Shown: positions 1 through 8,876, counted from the first letter of the stretch. The stretch is DNA of 13,545 nt from Octopus sinensis (GCF_006345805.1 NW_021826124.1:1-13545), one strand, 5' to 3'. Translations and numbers: made by a program. The notes: a model not told the origin generated them from the letters alone.

Positions 1-58
1 AAATATATGTATTGAAAGTGAAGAGCTGTATAATACATGACAATGACTGTAAGGCTAA

Positions 59-151
59 CTGAGAGAGTGAGAGGGGGAGAGTGAGAGACTGAGACAAGGA
101 ATGATTGAAAGAGAGAGAAGGAGAGCAAGAGAAGTAGTTAGAGAAATAGAA

Positions 152-203
<52 letters not shown>

Positions 204-232
204 AGGGAGAGAGAGAAAAGTGAAGAGAGAGA
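59..232. repeat. GA-rich purine tract with pure (AG)n core at 156-198
   Basis: Direct reading of the dinucleotide repeat. Confidence 0.95.
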
Positions 233-971
233 CAAATGGCTTAAAAAAACAGGCGGAAACGAACGTCTCAAGAGAATGCAGAATTTTAAACGGTTTACAC
301 GATTTCAATATATGAATAAATAAAAGGATAGATAAATAAATAAATGAATAAATAAGTAGATAAAAGGAATAGCAACAAGAAAAATACTGAAAATATACAA
401 TACGATTTCATTAGTAAACAAAACTGTCAACGGTGTATTATAAGACGACTACGTACTCAAGAGAGGTCAACTCGATCTTATTTGAGCTGGGGTTACACAA
501 CAACAATGACAGCATATATGCATACAGACACTTACTGAACAGCCGATCTATACAATAGTTAGATTGTAAGGTACAGACAGTATACGTCAGTATAGATTAT
601 ACCACTGAACGTTGGAGAGAGCTGTGGAGTGCTCAATGATGAACGGGCATGGAATATCTCGACAATGGGTGGGGTAACTCTTTAGTACTAGGGTCTACTT
701 GCAACTGCTTCAGAGTCTGTGTAGGCACATATGTGCTGACCAAAATAATGAGTCTTTAACTTTAAAAATCAATATTTACGTAATCTAATTTAAATTACCA
801 TTTCTTTAGTTTAAAAGATGAATTTTGTTTTTTCATATCCCCATACGGGTTTTTGGAAAACTTCGTCAGTGAATGACTTTAAATTATATGCGGAGAAATT
901 TAGTCGCTGGAAGATTCTAGATGGAACATGGATGGTCATTTAACTGACAAACTATTGTTTTGGTATTACAG

Positions 972-1023
972 AACAACAATAACAACATCAACGACAACAA
1001 CAACAGCAACAACAACAAAACAA
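972..1023. repeat. Degenerate (CAA)n microsatellite
   Basis: aacaacaataacaacatcaacgacaacaacaacagcaacaacaac. Confidence 0.85.
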
Positions 1024-1135
1024 TGGCAATAAAAACTGAATAGAAGATTCTTCTGCAGTACTTAGACTAAAAGCGTAGCCCTGAACAATGATAAAAAGCA
1101 GATTCATGAAGCTATACTTAATATCCATCAAGCAA

Positions 1136-1313
1136 TGAGGTATTTATACCGGCTTTTTGCGTTCTTAGATTAAATCCTGTCGAGGTTAAATTAGACTATC
1201 CTTTAAGGGTCGATGAAATAAATTCCCAGTCAAGTACTAGAGTCAACGTAATCGATTAACCCCCTCTTCCTTCTAAAATTACTTGACTTGAGTCAGAAAT
1301 TGTAGCAAGTATT
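1136..1313 (+). mobile_element. Degenerate tRNA-derived SINE (same family as 1323-1518 and 1577-1815)
   Basis: Aligns by eye to the neighbouring copies: gtcgagg...atcctttaagggtcgatgaaataaattcccagtcaagtactagagtcaacgtaatcgattaac...aaaatt. Boundaries approximate. Confidence 0.7.
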
Positions 1314-1322
1314 GAAAACGTT

Positions 1323-1518
1323 GAGCTGGCAGAATGGTTAGCATATCGGGTAAAAGCTTATCGCCATTTTTTGAGATCAAATATCGTTGAGGGCGACTTT
1401 CCCTTTCATCGTTTCAGGGTCGATAAAATAAATACCAGTTGAGCACTGAAGCTGATATTATTGACTTAATCCCTCCATCGATATTTCTGGCTTTATGCCA
1501 AAATCTCAAACCAATATT
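1323..1518 (+). mobile_element. tRNA-derived SINE, near full length
   Basis: A box TGGCAGAATGG near the 5' end and decayed B box gagatcaaat. Central block gactttccctttcatcgtttcagggtcgataaaataaataccagttgagcactg resembles the Meta/MESC-type SINE core (from memory). Homologous to the reverse complement of 1577-1815. Confidence 0.85.
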
Positions 1519-1576
1519 TCATTATTCCACAGACAACCACACAATCTAGCCATTAAAACTAAGCTCTAAATAGTAA

Positions 1577-1815
1577 GTACCTATTTCTTTACTACCCACA
1601 AGGGGCTAAACACAGAGAGGACAAACAAGGACAGACAAACGGATTAAGTCGATTATATTGACCCCAGCGCGTAACTGGTACTTATTTAATCGACCCCGAA
1701 AGGATGAAAGGCAAAGTCGACCTCGGCGGAATTTGAACTCAGAACGTAGCGGCAGACGAAATACCGTTGAGCATTTCGCCCGGCGTGCTAACGTTTCTGC
1801 TAGCTCGTCGCCTTT
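1577..1815 (-). mobile_element. Well-preserved full-length tRNA-derived SINE with target-site duplication
   Basis: Minus strand reads ggcgacgagcTAGCAGAAACGttagc (A box, 1792-1802) ... gaGTTCAAATTCC (B box, 1728-1738) ... gcctttcatcctttcggggtcgattaaataagtaccag ... cccttgtgggtagtaaagaaatagg. Exact 10-bp direct repeat taaatagtaa at 1567-1576 and 1816-1825. Confidence 0.93.
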
Positions 1816-1816
1816 T

Positions 1817-1966
1817 AAATAGTAAATACCACTTGAGTACTGAGGTCGGTAAATAAATACCAGTTGAGCACTGGGGTCGATAAATAAATACCACTGGAGT
1901 CGATGTAATCGATTTACCCCACTACATCAAGATTTCTGACCCTGTGCCAAAATTTGAAATCGTTAT
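1817..1966 (+). mobile_element. 5'-truncated SINE 3' half with internal 31-bp tandem triplication
   Basis: Units at 1820-1850, 1851-1881 and 1882-1904 (last with an 8-bp deletion) of aaataaataccagttgagcactggggtcgat, followed by the normal SINE tail gtaatcgattta...ctgtgccaaaatttgaaat. Confidence 0.85.
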
Positions 1967-2026
1967 CGTTTTACACTGTAACTTCTTACGTGGTCGTACT
2001 CAAGACTGGTCTAATAAGCTAAAACA

Positions 2027-2165
2027 GATCCAGTATTAAATTTGACTCCCATTAAGCCAGGAGTCGATAAAGTATAGTAGGAATGAAGTGCGGCTGTTCT
2101 TGATCTAATCGATTATAGCCTTCCGTCACATGTGTGGCCTTGTGCCTATGTGAGAAATTACTATT
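2027..2165 (+). mobile_element. Highly decayed SINE of a related family
   Basis: tttgactcccatt...ggagtcgataaa...gatctaatcgattatagcc...tggccttgtgcctatgtgagaaattact parallels the body and tail of the adjacent SINEs. Confidence 0.55.
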
Positions 2166-2284
2166 GTTATGGTGAAAGAAAGAATACAACGGAGAGAAAA
2201 TATATACAATTGAACAAGAAACAATAGAACGGAGAAGGAGACAAACATAACAATAGACATGAATATCTATAGTTCTGACTGTCC

Positions 2285-2443
2285 TATGTATGTTTGCATG
2301 TATGTACGAATGGAGGAAGGAAGGAATGTGTGTGTGTATGTGTGCGTACGTGTGTGTGTGCATGTATGTTTGTTTCCCTGTAAGTTTGTATGTTTGTCTC
2401 TTCCACTCTTACTGTCACCCTTCTGCTATATGGCTTCTCTCTC

Positions 2444-2478
<35 letters not shown>

Positions 2479-2540
2479 TTCCTACACACATACACAAACA
2501 CACACACACTGAAACACACACATGTATGTATATATATATT
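2285..2540. repeat. Compound (TG)/(CT)15/(CA) microsatellite region
   Basis: Pure (CT)15 at 2446-2475 flanked by degenerate TG and CA runs. Confidence 0.9.
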
Positions 2541-2731
2541 GCTTAGGCATAGCGATAGTACTAACCTGGTGTTAAAACTCAGTATGCATATGCTTCAGAA
2601 AAAAGCGTCAGTTGATTAGAGAGTGTAATATGAAATTAAATAAATGACAAAAAAGCAGAAAATTGCACAATGAGCTTCAGTAACTTACACCTGTTTCAGT
2701 AACAAGATGTGGTACACTCGAAGCTTTCTAG

Positions 2732-2848
2732 ATACATACATAACATACATACATACATACATACATACATACATACATACATACATACATACATACATAC
2801 ATACGTACATACGTACATACGTACATAATACATACATACATACATACA

Positions 2849-2877
<29 letters not shown>
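2732..2877. repeat. (ATAC)n tetranucleotide microsatellite
   Basis: Direct reading; a few gtac variants near 2806-2824. Confidence 0.97.
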
Positions 2878-2879
<2 letters not shown>

Positions 2880-3094
2880 GTATAAAACTTGTTTTAAATC
2901 TCTGACGCGAGAGATATACAGTAACAGTACCGGATAGTAATGTTTATATGCCAACAGAATGTGGCAGCCCTATAAAGGACGCTGTTACTGATGTTTTAAC
3001 CCCAGGAAAACATCTTTTCCAGTTGGCTATCGACACACAGTTTGTGTCCAATAGCATTTGCAAGGGTGGACATCGCTCCTATCTCTACCCTTAC

Positions 3095-3149
3095 GTTATA
3101 CTCACAGATCTAAGTTTCTGAACGTTATCTCTCCTCAGTGTGAGATAAC
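3095..3149 (-). ncRNA. Degenerate type I hammerhead ribozyme-like motif (left arm)
   Basis: Minus strand: gttat-ctcaca-CTGAGGA-gagataacgttca-GAAA-cttaga-TC-tgtgag-t-ataac. Core boxes are present and stem I is 6 bp + 1-nt bulge + 5 bp. Stem II is unpaired and stem III is broken. Confidence 0.5.
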
Positions 3150-3434
3150 CACACGCTAAAAACTCTCCCCACTTGCAAATACTATATATTTTTTAAGCGA
3201 TACACAGTCACTGATCTCGTATAGAGAAAGACAACTTTATAGGACTACCACACTTTATAGGACTGCCACATCCAGCTGGCATATAAAAATTACTATCCAG
3301 TACTGTTACTGTATATCGCTTGCTCGGAGATTTAAAACAAGTTGTTTTTCTGTATAAGAGATGAGCGACAGTGTGTCGCTTAAAATATATATATAGTTTT
3401 TGCAAGTGGAGAAAGCTTTCGTCACTAACTTGGA

Positions 3435-3489
3435 GTTGTCTCACACTGAAGACAGATAACATTCAGAAATCTAAATCTGTGAGTATCAC
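3435..3489 (+). ncRNA. Degenerate type I hammerhead ribozyme-like motif (right arm)
   Basis: gttgt-ctcaca-CTGAAGA-cagataacattca-GAAA-tctaaa-TC-tgtgag-t-atcac. CUGANGA at 3446-3452, GAAA at 3466-3469, NUH triplet AUC ending 3477, perfect 6-bp stem I. Stem II does not pair as it stands. Confidence 0.5.
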
Positions 3490-3642
3490 GTAAGGCTAGA
3501 GATGAGAGCGATGACCTCCCTTGCAAATGCTGTACGGACACAAACGTGTCGATATCCAGCTGGAAAATATGTTTACCTGGGGCTAAAACAACAGTAACAT
3601 CGTCCTTTATAGGACTGCCACATCCTGTTGGCATATAAAATA

Positions 3643-3739
3643 CTATATATATAATATATAACTATATATCTATATATATATTATATATATATTATATATC
3701 CTATATATATATATATACATATATATATACATAATATAT
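3643..3739. repeat. Degenerate (AT)n microsatellite
   Basis: Direct reading. Confidence 0.93.
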
Positions 3740-3740
3740 C

Positions 3741-4003
3741 CACCGTGACCGACCAGGCTATCAAATGTTGCTACACATCGCTGGTCACAATGCGCTTCGT
3801 ATTGTTTTAGCCTTCAAATGACGCCACCCCGCTGGCTAAGCGAGCAGGTGTACAGAAGAGTGAGAGAAAGTTGTGGCGAAGAATACTCCACCCCCTGCCG
3901 GAGCTTCGTGGAGCTTAGGTGTTTTCACACGCCCGGTCTAGGAATCGAAACCGCGATCCTACACCGCGAGTCCGCTACCCTAACCACTGGCCATTGCGTC
4001 TCC
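3741..4003 (-). mobile_element. tRNA-derived SINE (second family; possibly a tRNA-Arg-related OR-type octopus SINE)
   Basis: Minus strand: ggagacgcaaTGGCCAGTGGttagggtagcggactcgcggtgtaggatcgcgGTTTCGATTCCtagaccgggcg, i.e. A box, anticodon-arm-like segment and B box, then a ~190-bp body. Family name is from memory only. Confidence 0.85.
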
Positions 4004-4016
4004 ACATATGTTGTGT

Positions 4017-4058
4017 GTATATATATTATATATATATATTATATATATATATTATTTA

Positions 4059-4089
<31 letters not shown>

Positions 4090-4098
4090 GTATTATAT

Positions 4099-4138
<40 letters not shown>

Positions 4139-4166
4139 TATATAAATATAAATATATATATTATAA

Positions 4167-4197
<31 letters not shown>

Positions 4198-4219
4198 TAT
4201 ATCTAATATATAATATATA

Positions 4220-4250
<31 letters not shown>

Positions 4251-4445
4251 AGAAAAGAGAGAGAGAGAGACAGAGCGACAGACAGACTGAGTGAGAGAGA
4301 TCAAGCAGATGAATTCGAGAAAATCCCTATGTAGAAAACTAGTTTATTACTCCATTCTTTCTCTCTCTCTCTCTCCCTCTCTCTCTCTCTATCTCTCATA
4401 CATCACATCTCTCACCTCACTCTCTCTCGATGTCTCTCTCTCTCT
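4017..4445. repeat. Compound microsatellites: (AT)n 4017-4226, (GA)n 4227-4300, (TC)n 4356-4445
   Basis: Direct reading. Confidence 0.93.
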
Positions 4446-4708
4446 AGACATACATACTACCTTTTATTCTTTTGCATAAGTCAGGGGAAAAATTTTCGAA
4501 ACATATGTAGAAAGTAAAATACTTGTTTAAACTGCGTTAACACGTACATTTTTTAAATTCATATTATTCAAATATTCAACGTAAACACGAAGTTTACACC
4601 TTTATAAACAGAAGTTACAACATCTTTACTTGTGAGTTTTTTGCTGCCTGGTAACTATTCATTCATTTATCCGTGTTAATTGTTAACAAGGTAAAATATA
4701 CTCATTCT

Positions 4709-4782
4709 ATTATATATATATATATATAATATATATATATATATATAGATATATATATATATAATATATATATATATATATA
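4709..4782. repeat. (AT)n microsatellite
   Basis: Direct reading. Confidence 0.95.
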
Positions 4783-5557
4783 CCAGACCAGGAGGTGGGA
4801 TTCTTAGAGCGTCGGACGGGATACTACCAGGCTAGTCATTTTATTACTTTAGAAACGATGTGAGATTTGATAGGTTATAGAAGAGGAAACTTTTCATGTA
4901 TGCATATTTTTACATATACACATACATATACACAAATATGTATGTATACATATGTATGTATTCTCTCTTCTGTTTTTAATTATTCAAATTGTTCCTCTGA
5001 AGAAGGAACTGGTTTCTAACAAAGATACAAATCTCCATCGCTGGAATGTAGATAACGAAAACAATATCACATTTTAAACTTGAGAGAAATTTTGTATACT
5101 TTTATTGTTCTACTAACAGATTATATTTGTAATGTGTGAGTTACTTGGTTTATTTCTTTGTCTCAAAGCCCTAGCTTATTCACATTGTCCCCAATTATTG
5201 TTATAAATGTAAATTTATAATCTGGTTGTAGAACCTGGAAGTTTCGAAGCAGTTGTCAAAAGTTATCTTCATTCCCTTTGATTTTCAAAGTGATATCCAC
5301 ATCTGGACAGAAGTTCCTGAGTGAACATATGCACACTGTCTCACATGTACATATAAAATATACAATTACGGAAACAGTTATGAAAGATACGCTCTTATGT
5401 TCCAGCGTGACGTATGCAACTACGTGTGTATGTTTATGCACATGTACAACACATACACATATTTGCATATATCAACCAATTCAGGTGACCAAAAGCCTCT
5501 AAGAGCTGTCTTGTCTACACTCAAACAAAATAGTCTTGCCGCTTTGTTAGAACTACA

Positions 5558-5872
5558 ACTGATATTCCGTCGCTTACGACGATTGTTCCACATGATCCGA
5601 TCAACAAGACAGCCTGCTCGTGAAATTAAAGTGCAAGTGGCTGAGCACTCCACACACACACACACACACGTGCCCTTAACATGTTTCTCAGAGAGATTCA
5701 GCGAGACACAGAGTATAACAAGGCTGGTCCTTTCAATTACCGGTACAACACATTTTCGCAACATCAGCGTATAGGAGCAACGTGAAATAAGATGTCTTGC
5801 TCAAGGATACAACGCGCTGCCGCAAATCGATCTCACAATCTTACTATCGTGATCCGAATGCCCTAACCACTA
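5558..5872 (-). mobile_element. tRNA-derived SINE lacking its extreme 5' end
   Basis: Minus strand: tagtggttagggcattcggatcacgatagtaagattgtgagatcgatt (tRNA-like head similar to that of 3741-4003), then ttgtatccttgagcaagacatcttatttcacgttgctcc (CORE/V-like block) and an internal (TG)n at 5651-5669. Confidence 0.8.
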
Positions 5873-6078
5873 CTTGTTTCAGTCATGTGACTGTGGCCAT
5901 GCTGGAGCACAGCCTTAAGTCGAGCAAATCGACCCCAGGACTTATTCTTTGTAAGCCTAGTACTTATTCTATCGGGTTCTTTTGCCGAACCGCTATGTTA
6001 CGGGGACGTAAACACACCAGCATCGTCTGTCAAGCAATGTTGGGGGACAAAAACAAACACACAAACATACACACATAC

Positions 6079-6110
<32 letters not shown>

Positions 6111-6131
6111 GCACACACACACACACATATA

Positions 6132-6201
<70 letters not shown>

Positions 6202-6362
6202 TACGACGTGCTTCTTTCAGTTTCTGTCTACCAAATCCACTCACAAGGCTTTGGTCGGCCCGAGGCTATAGTAGAAAACACTTGCCCAAGGTGCCACGCA
6301 GTGGGACTGAACCCGAAACCATGTGGTTGGTAAGTAGCTTGCTTACCACACAGCCACTTCTG
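5871..6362 (-). mobile_element. tRNA-derived SINE (CORE-like) with internal (TA)n/(TG)n microsatellite
   Basis: Minus strand head gtggctgtgtggtaagcaagctacttaccaaccacatggtttcgGGTTCAGTCCcactgcgtggcaccttgggcaagtg; microsatellite at ~6054-6203; 3' body ending gtcacatgactgaaacaagta with no tail repeat. Confidence 0.88.
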
Positions 6363-6397
6363 AAGGGGAAAACGTCAAACTAAATTCCATAGAAACA

Positions 6398-6607
6398 AAC
6401 ATAAGTGCATGAAGGTTAGTAATTTTAAGGAGAACGGGCTATCCGATTATATCAGCTCCAAGACATAAATGGGAGTTTATCCTATCGACCTCAGAGGGAT
6501 GAAAGAAAAAGTCAATTGTTGTGGGTTTGATAACAGAATGTAAAAAGCCGTAAGAAAAACAACAAGGTGTTTTTCCGACGCTCAAGCGATACCATCAGCA
6601 TACAGCC
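6398..6607 (-). mobile_element. Old, decayed SINE of the 1577-1815 family
   Basis: tatcgacctcagagggatgaaagaaaaagtcaattgttgtgggtttgataacagaatgtaaa aligns to atcgaccccgaaaggatgaaaggcaaagtcgacctcggcggaatttgaactcagaacgta of 1700-1747. Confidence 0.7.
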
Positions 6608-6649
6608 ATCAATAAATGGCAAATAATAATAACAGTGGAACAACTGGGT

Positions 6650-6716
6650 CACGTACACACGTATATGTGTATATATGGATATATATGCTTATATGTATGT
6701 ATGCATGTATGTATAT

Positions 6717-6747
<31 letters not shown>

Positions 6748-7076
6748 ACTCACACATACGTGTGTGTGTGTGTGTGTTGTTAGGTCACACCTCCACACAC
6801 TTCTACACGCAAGCACACATGGATATATAAGTATCTGTGGCTGAACTCGAGCGTATCTTTTGGAGTACCTTCTGTGTTTATAAACTCTGCGTATCTGTAT
6901 ACTAGTGTGTAAAGGTGTGGAAGTGGTGTGTAAAAAGTGTGTGTAAATGCCAGTGCGTAGAAAGCATACATTGGAACAAATTCCTTCTCGTCACACCAAT
7001 GCGTGTATATATATATATATATTATATATTGTGTGTGTGTGTGTGTGTATGCATATATATATATATATATTATAAT

Positions 7077-7125
<49 letters not shown>

Positions 7126-7130
7126 ATATA

Positions 7131-7186
<56 letters not shown>

Positions 7187-7234
7187 CTTACATTATATAT
7201 ATATATACATACATATGTGTGTATGTGTGTGTTG

Positions 7235-7265
<31 letters not shown>
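6650..7265. repeat. Microsatellite blocks: (AT)/(ATGT)/(CA)/(TG) at 6650-6778; (AT)n/(TG)n/(GA)n at 7003-7265
   Basis: Direct reading; about 220 bp of unique sequence lies between the blocks. Confidence 0.9.
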
Positions 7266-7531
7266 TTTGATGCGAGACATAACCATCACTACAGAGTAGT
7301 TCAATTATATGAAATCGTCCTCTCACAACTAAAAATATACAAAACTATCAAACAATATGTCTCACGTTCCGCATGGTTAACGATTCAAAATAGGTTCCTT
7401 TCTTTCTAAAGTTTTGCTTTTTTTTTTTTTCGTGTTTTCGGGGTTTTATATTCATCACTATGTCTAGCCTATTTTTAATTTATTTATTCGCTACCCAATC
7501 TCTCTTTTCTTTTTTGTGGATAAAAAGTACA

Positions 7532-7863
<332 letters not shown>

Positions 7864-7872
7864 TTATTATTA

Positions 7873-7936
<64 letters not shown>
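7864..7936. repeat. (TTA)n microsatellite between retroelement ends
   Basis: Direct reading. Confidence 0.95.
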
Positions 7937-7939
<3 letters not shown>

Positions 7940-8273
7940 ACTGTCCAACATTTAGTAGGCCGAGGTAAATTTCTACTACATCGCCTGCTACACCTCCGTG
8001 TTGCTGGGGTGTGTGCCGCATTGTGTGTCCTTTTCTGCTTTTCCCGGTACTGTATTGTGTTAGTTTTTTTTGTCTTGAGGTGTGGTGCAGTATTTTGTTC
8101 TGTTACTGCTTGTATTGTATGTTGAGTGTGTAATGCATTGGTTATCTAGTTTATTGGTGGAAGTTTATTTCATTGGGTAATTATTGTTTAGAGTGTGTCT
8201 TGTGTTTGTGGGTTATTGTGTTTAGGTTGTATTATTGGATTGATTGTGTATTGCGTAGGATGTGGGATGCTGC
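7937..8273 (-). mobile_element. Extremely 5'-truncated R4/Dong-like element, family B (last ~13 codons plus ~295-nt C/A-rich 3' UTR)
   Basis: Minus strand starts AASHILRNTQSIQ* (stop 8232-8234), aligning with the (A)QILRKTLSIQ* end of the 9232-9609 copy. (TAA)n on both sides. Confidence 0.7.
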
Positions 8274-8308
<35 letters not shown>

Positions 8309-8418
8309 ATTATTATTATTATTATTATTATTATTATCATTATTATTATTATATTATTTATTATTATTATTATTATATTATTATTATTATATTGTTGTTG
8401 TTGTTGTTGTTGTTGTTG
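8274..8418. repeat. (TTA)n grading into (TTG)9
   Basis: TTG run at 8392-8418. Confidence 0.95.
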
Positions 8419-8876
8419 AGTGAGAGAGCAGTCATGCCATCAAAGTGACACTGGGTAAATTACGAAGCCCAGTATACCCATCATGACTAGCCGTCTGATA
8501 AGGGTACACTTGGCACATGCATCACAACCATATGTGCGCGACATGATGATCTCATATCAAGATAAACAGCACATGACCTTGCAGGTGGAGCCCAGTTAGA
8601 ATTTTCTTCTGGTAGAGTAACCCATCCCGCTCAAAAAGTCCTTGAATAAGGATTGTTTAAGGATGTTGAACGAATTACCCATGTTTCCAAAGGTGAATTA
8701 TCCAAACCTCCAAGAATTCCTTTCAACACATGGCTATGATGTTCCCCCACTACTTCTGCTCGTGGTCAGAGTTGCACATATCGTCAGCCAGTAAGGAACA
8801 TGGTCAACTGGTTAAGGTCAAACAACTGACAAGCAAATCTGTGATATTGAGCAGAATATTTGCTGTAGCCCATCTA
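8419..8876 (-). mobile_element. Non-coding ~460-bp interspersed repeat (element X) within the TAA nest
   Basis: Higher GC than its flanks, no REL/RT homology seen, and one end abuts (CAA)9(TAA)n. I recall this sequence as an abundant octopus repeat, but cannot verify that here. Orientation is inferred from the tail. Confidence 0.5.

Larger units (their letters stand above)
2884..3640. mobile_element. Inverted (head-to-head) pair of a circularly permuted ~350-bp non-coding monomer; candidate retrozyme or Penelope-like pLTR-derived insertion
   Basis: 2884-2977 is the reverse complement of ~3253-3345, and ~2942-3237 is the reverse complement of ~3340-3640 (roughly 80-85% identity by eye). The right arm contains a 36-bp direct repeat at 3253-3288 and 3605-3640 (2 mismatches, period 352). 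The repeat structure is certain; the mobile-element class is inferred from the hammerhead-like motif. Confidence 0.7.

Noticed and set aside
636-740. ATGATGA...CTGA spaced like a C/D box snoRNA
   Set aside because: No terminal stem, no C'/D' boxes and no recognisable rRNA guide.
1820-1904. Short regular repeats as a CRISPR-like array
   Set aside because: The units are directly tandem with no unique spacers, and they derive from the SINE body in eukaryotic DNA.
2683-2699. Minus-strand GAAAcaggtgTA, a possible hammerhead half
   Set aside because: No recognisable CUGANGA, stem II or stem I upstream; too short to distinguish from chance.
3364-3380. Hairpin agcgaca-gtg-tgtcgct suggesting a Helitron/Helentron origin for the 350-bp monomer
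   Set aside because: It is disrupted in the left-arm copy, lies mid-monomer rather than at an end, and has no CTRR terminus or subterminal IR pair. Not fully excluded without a consensus.
4790-4830. Possible SINE head fragment ggaggtgggattcttagagcgtcggacg
   Set aside because: Too short and diverged; no B box or body follows.
6786-6930. Imperfect ~25-bp inverted repeat (MITE or pre-miRNA candidate)
   Set aside because: The arms are CA/TG low-complexity with indels, the interior does not pair, and there is no TSD.
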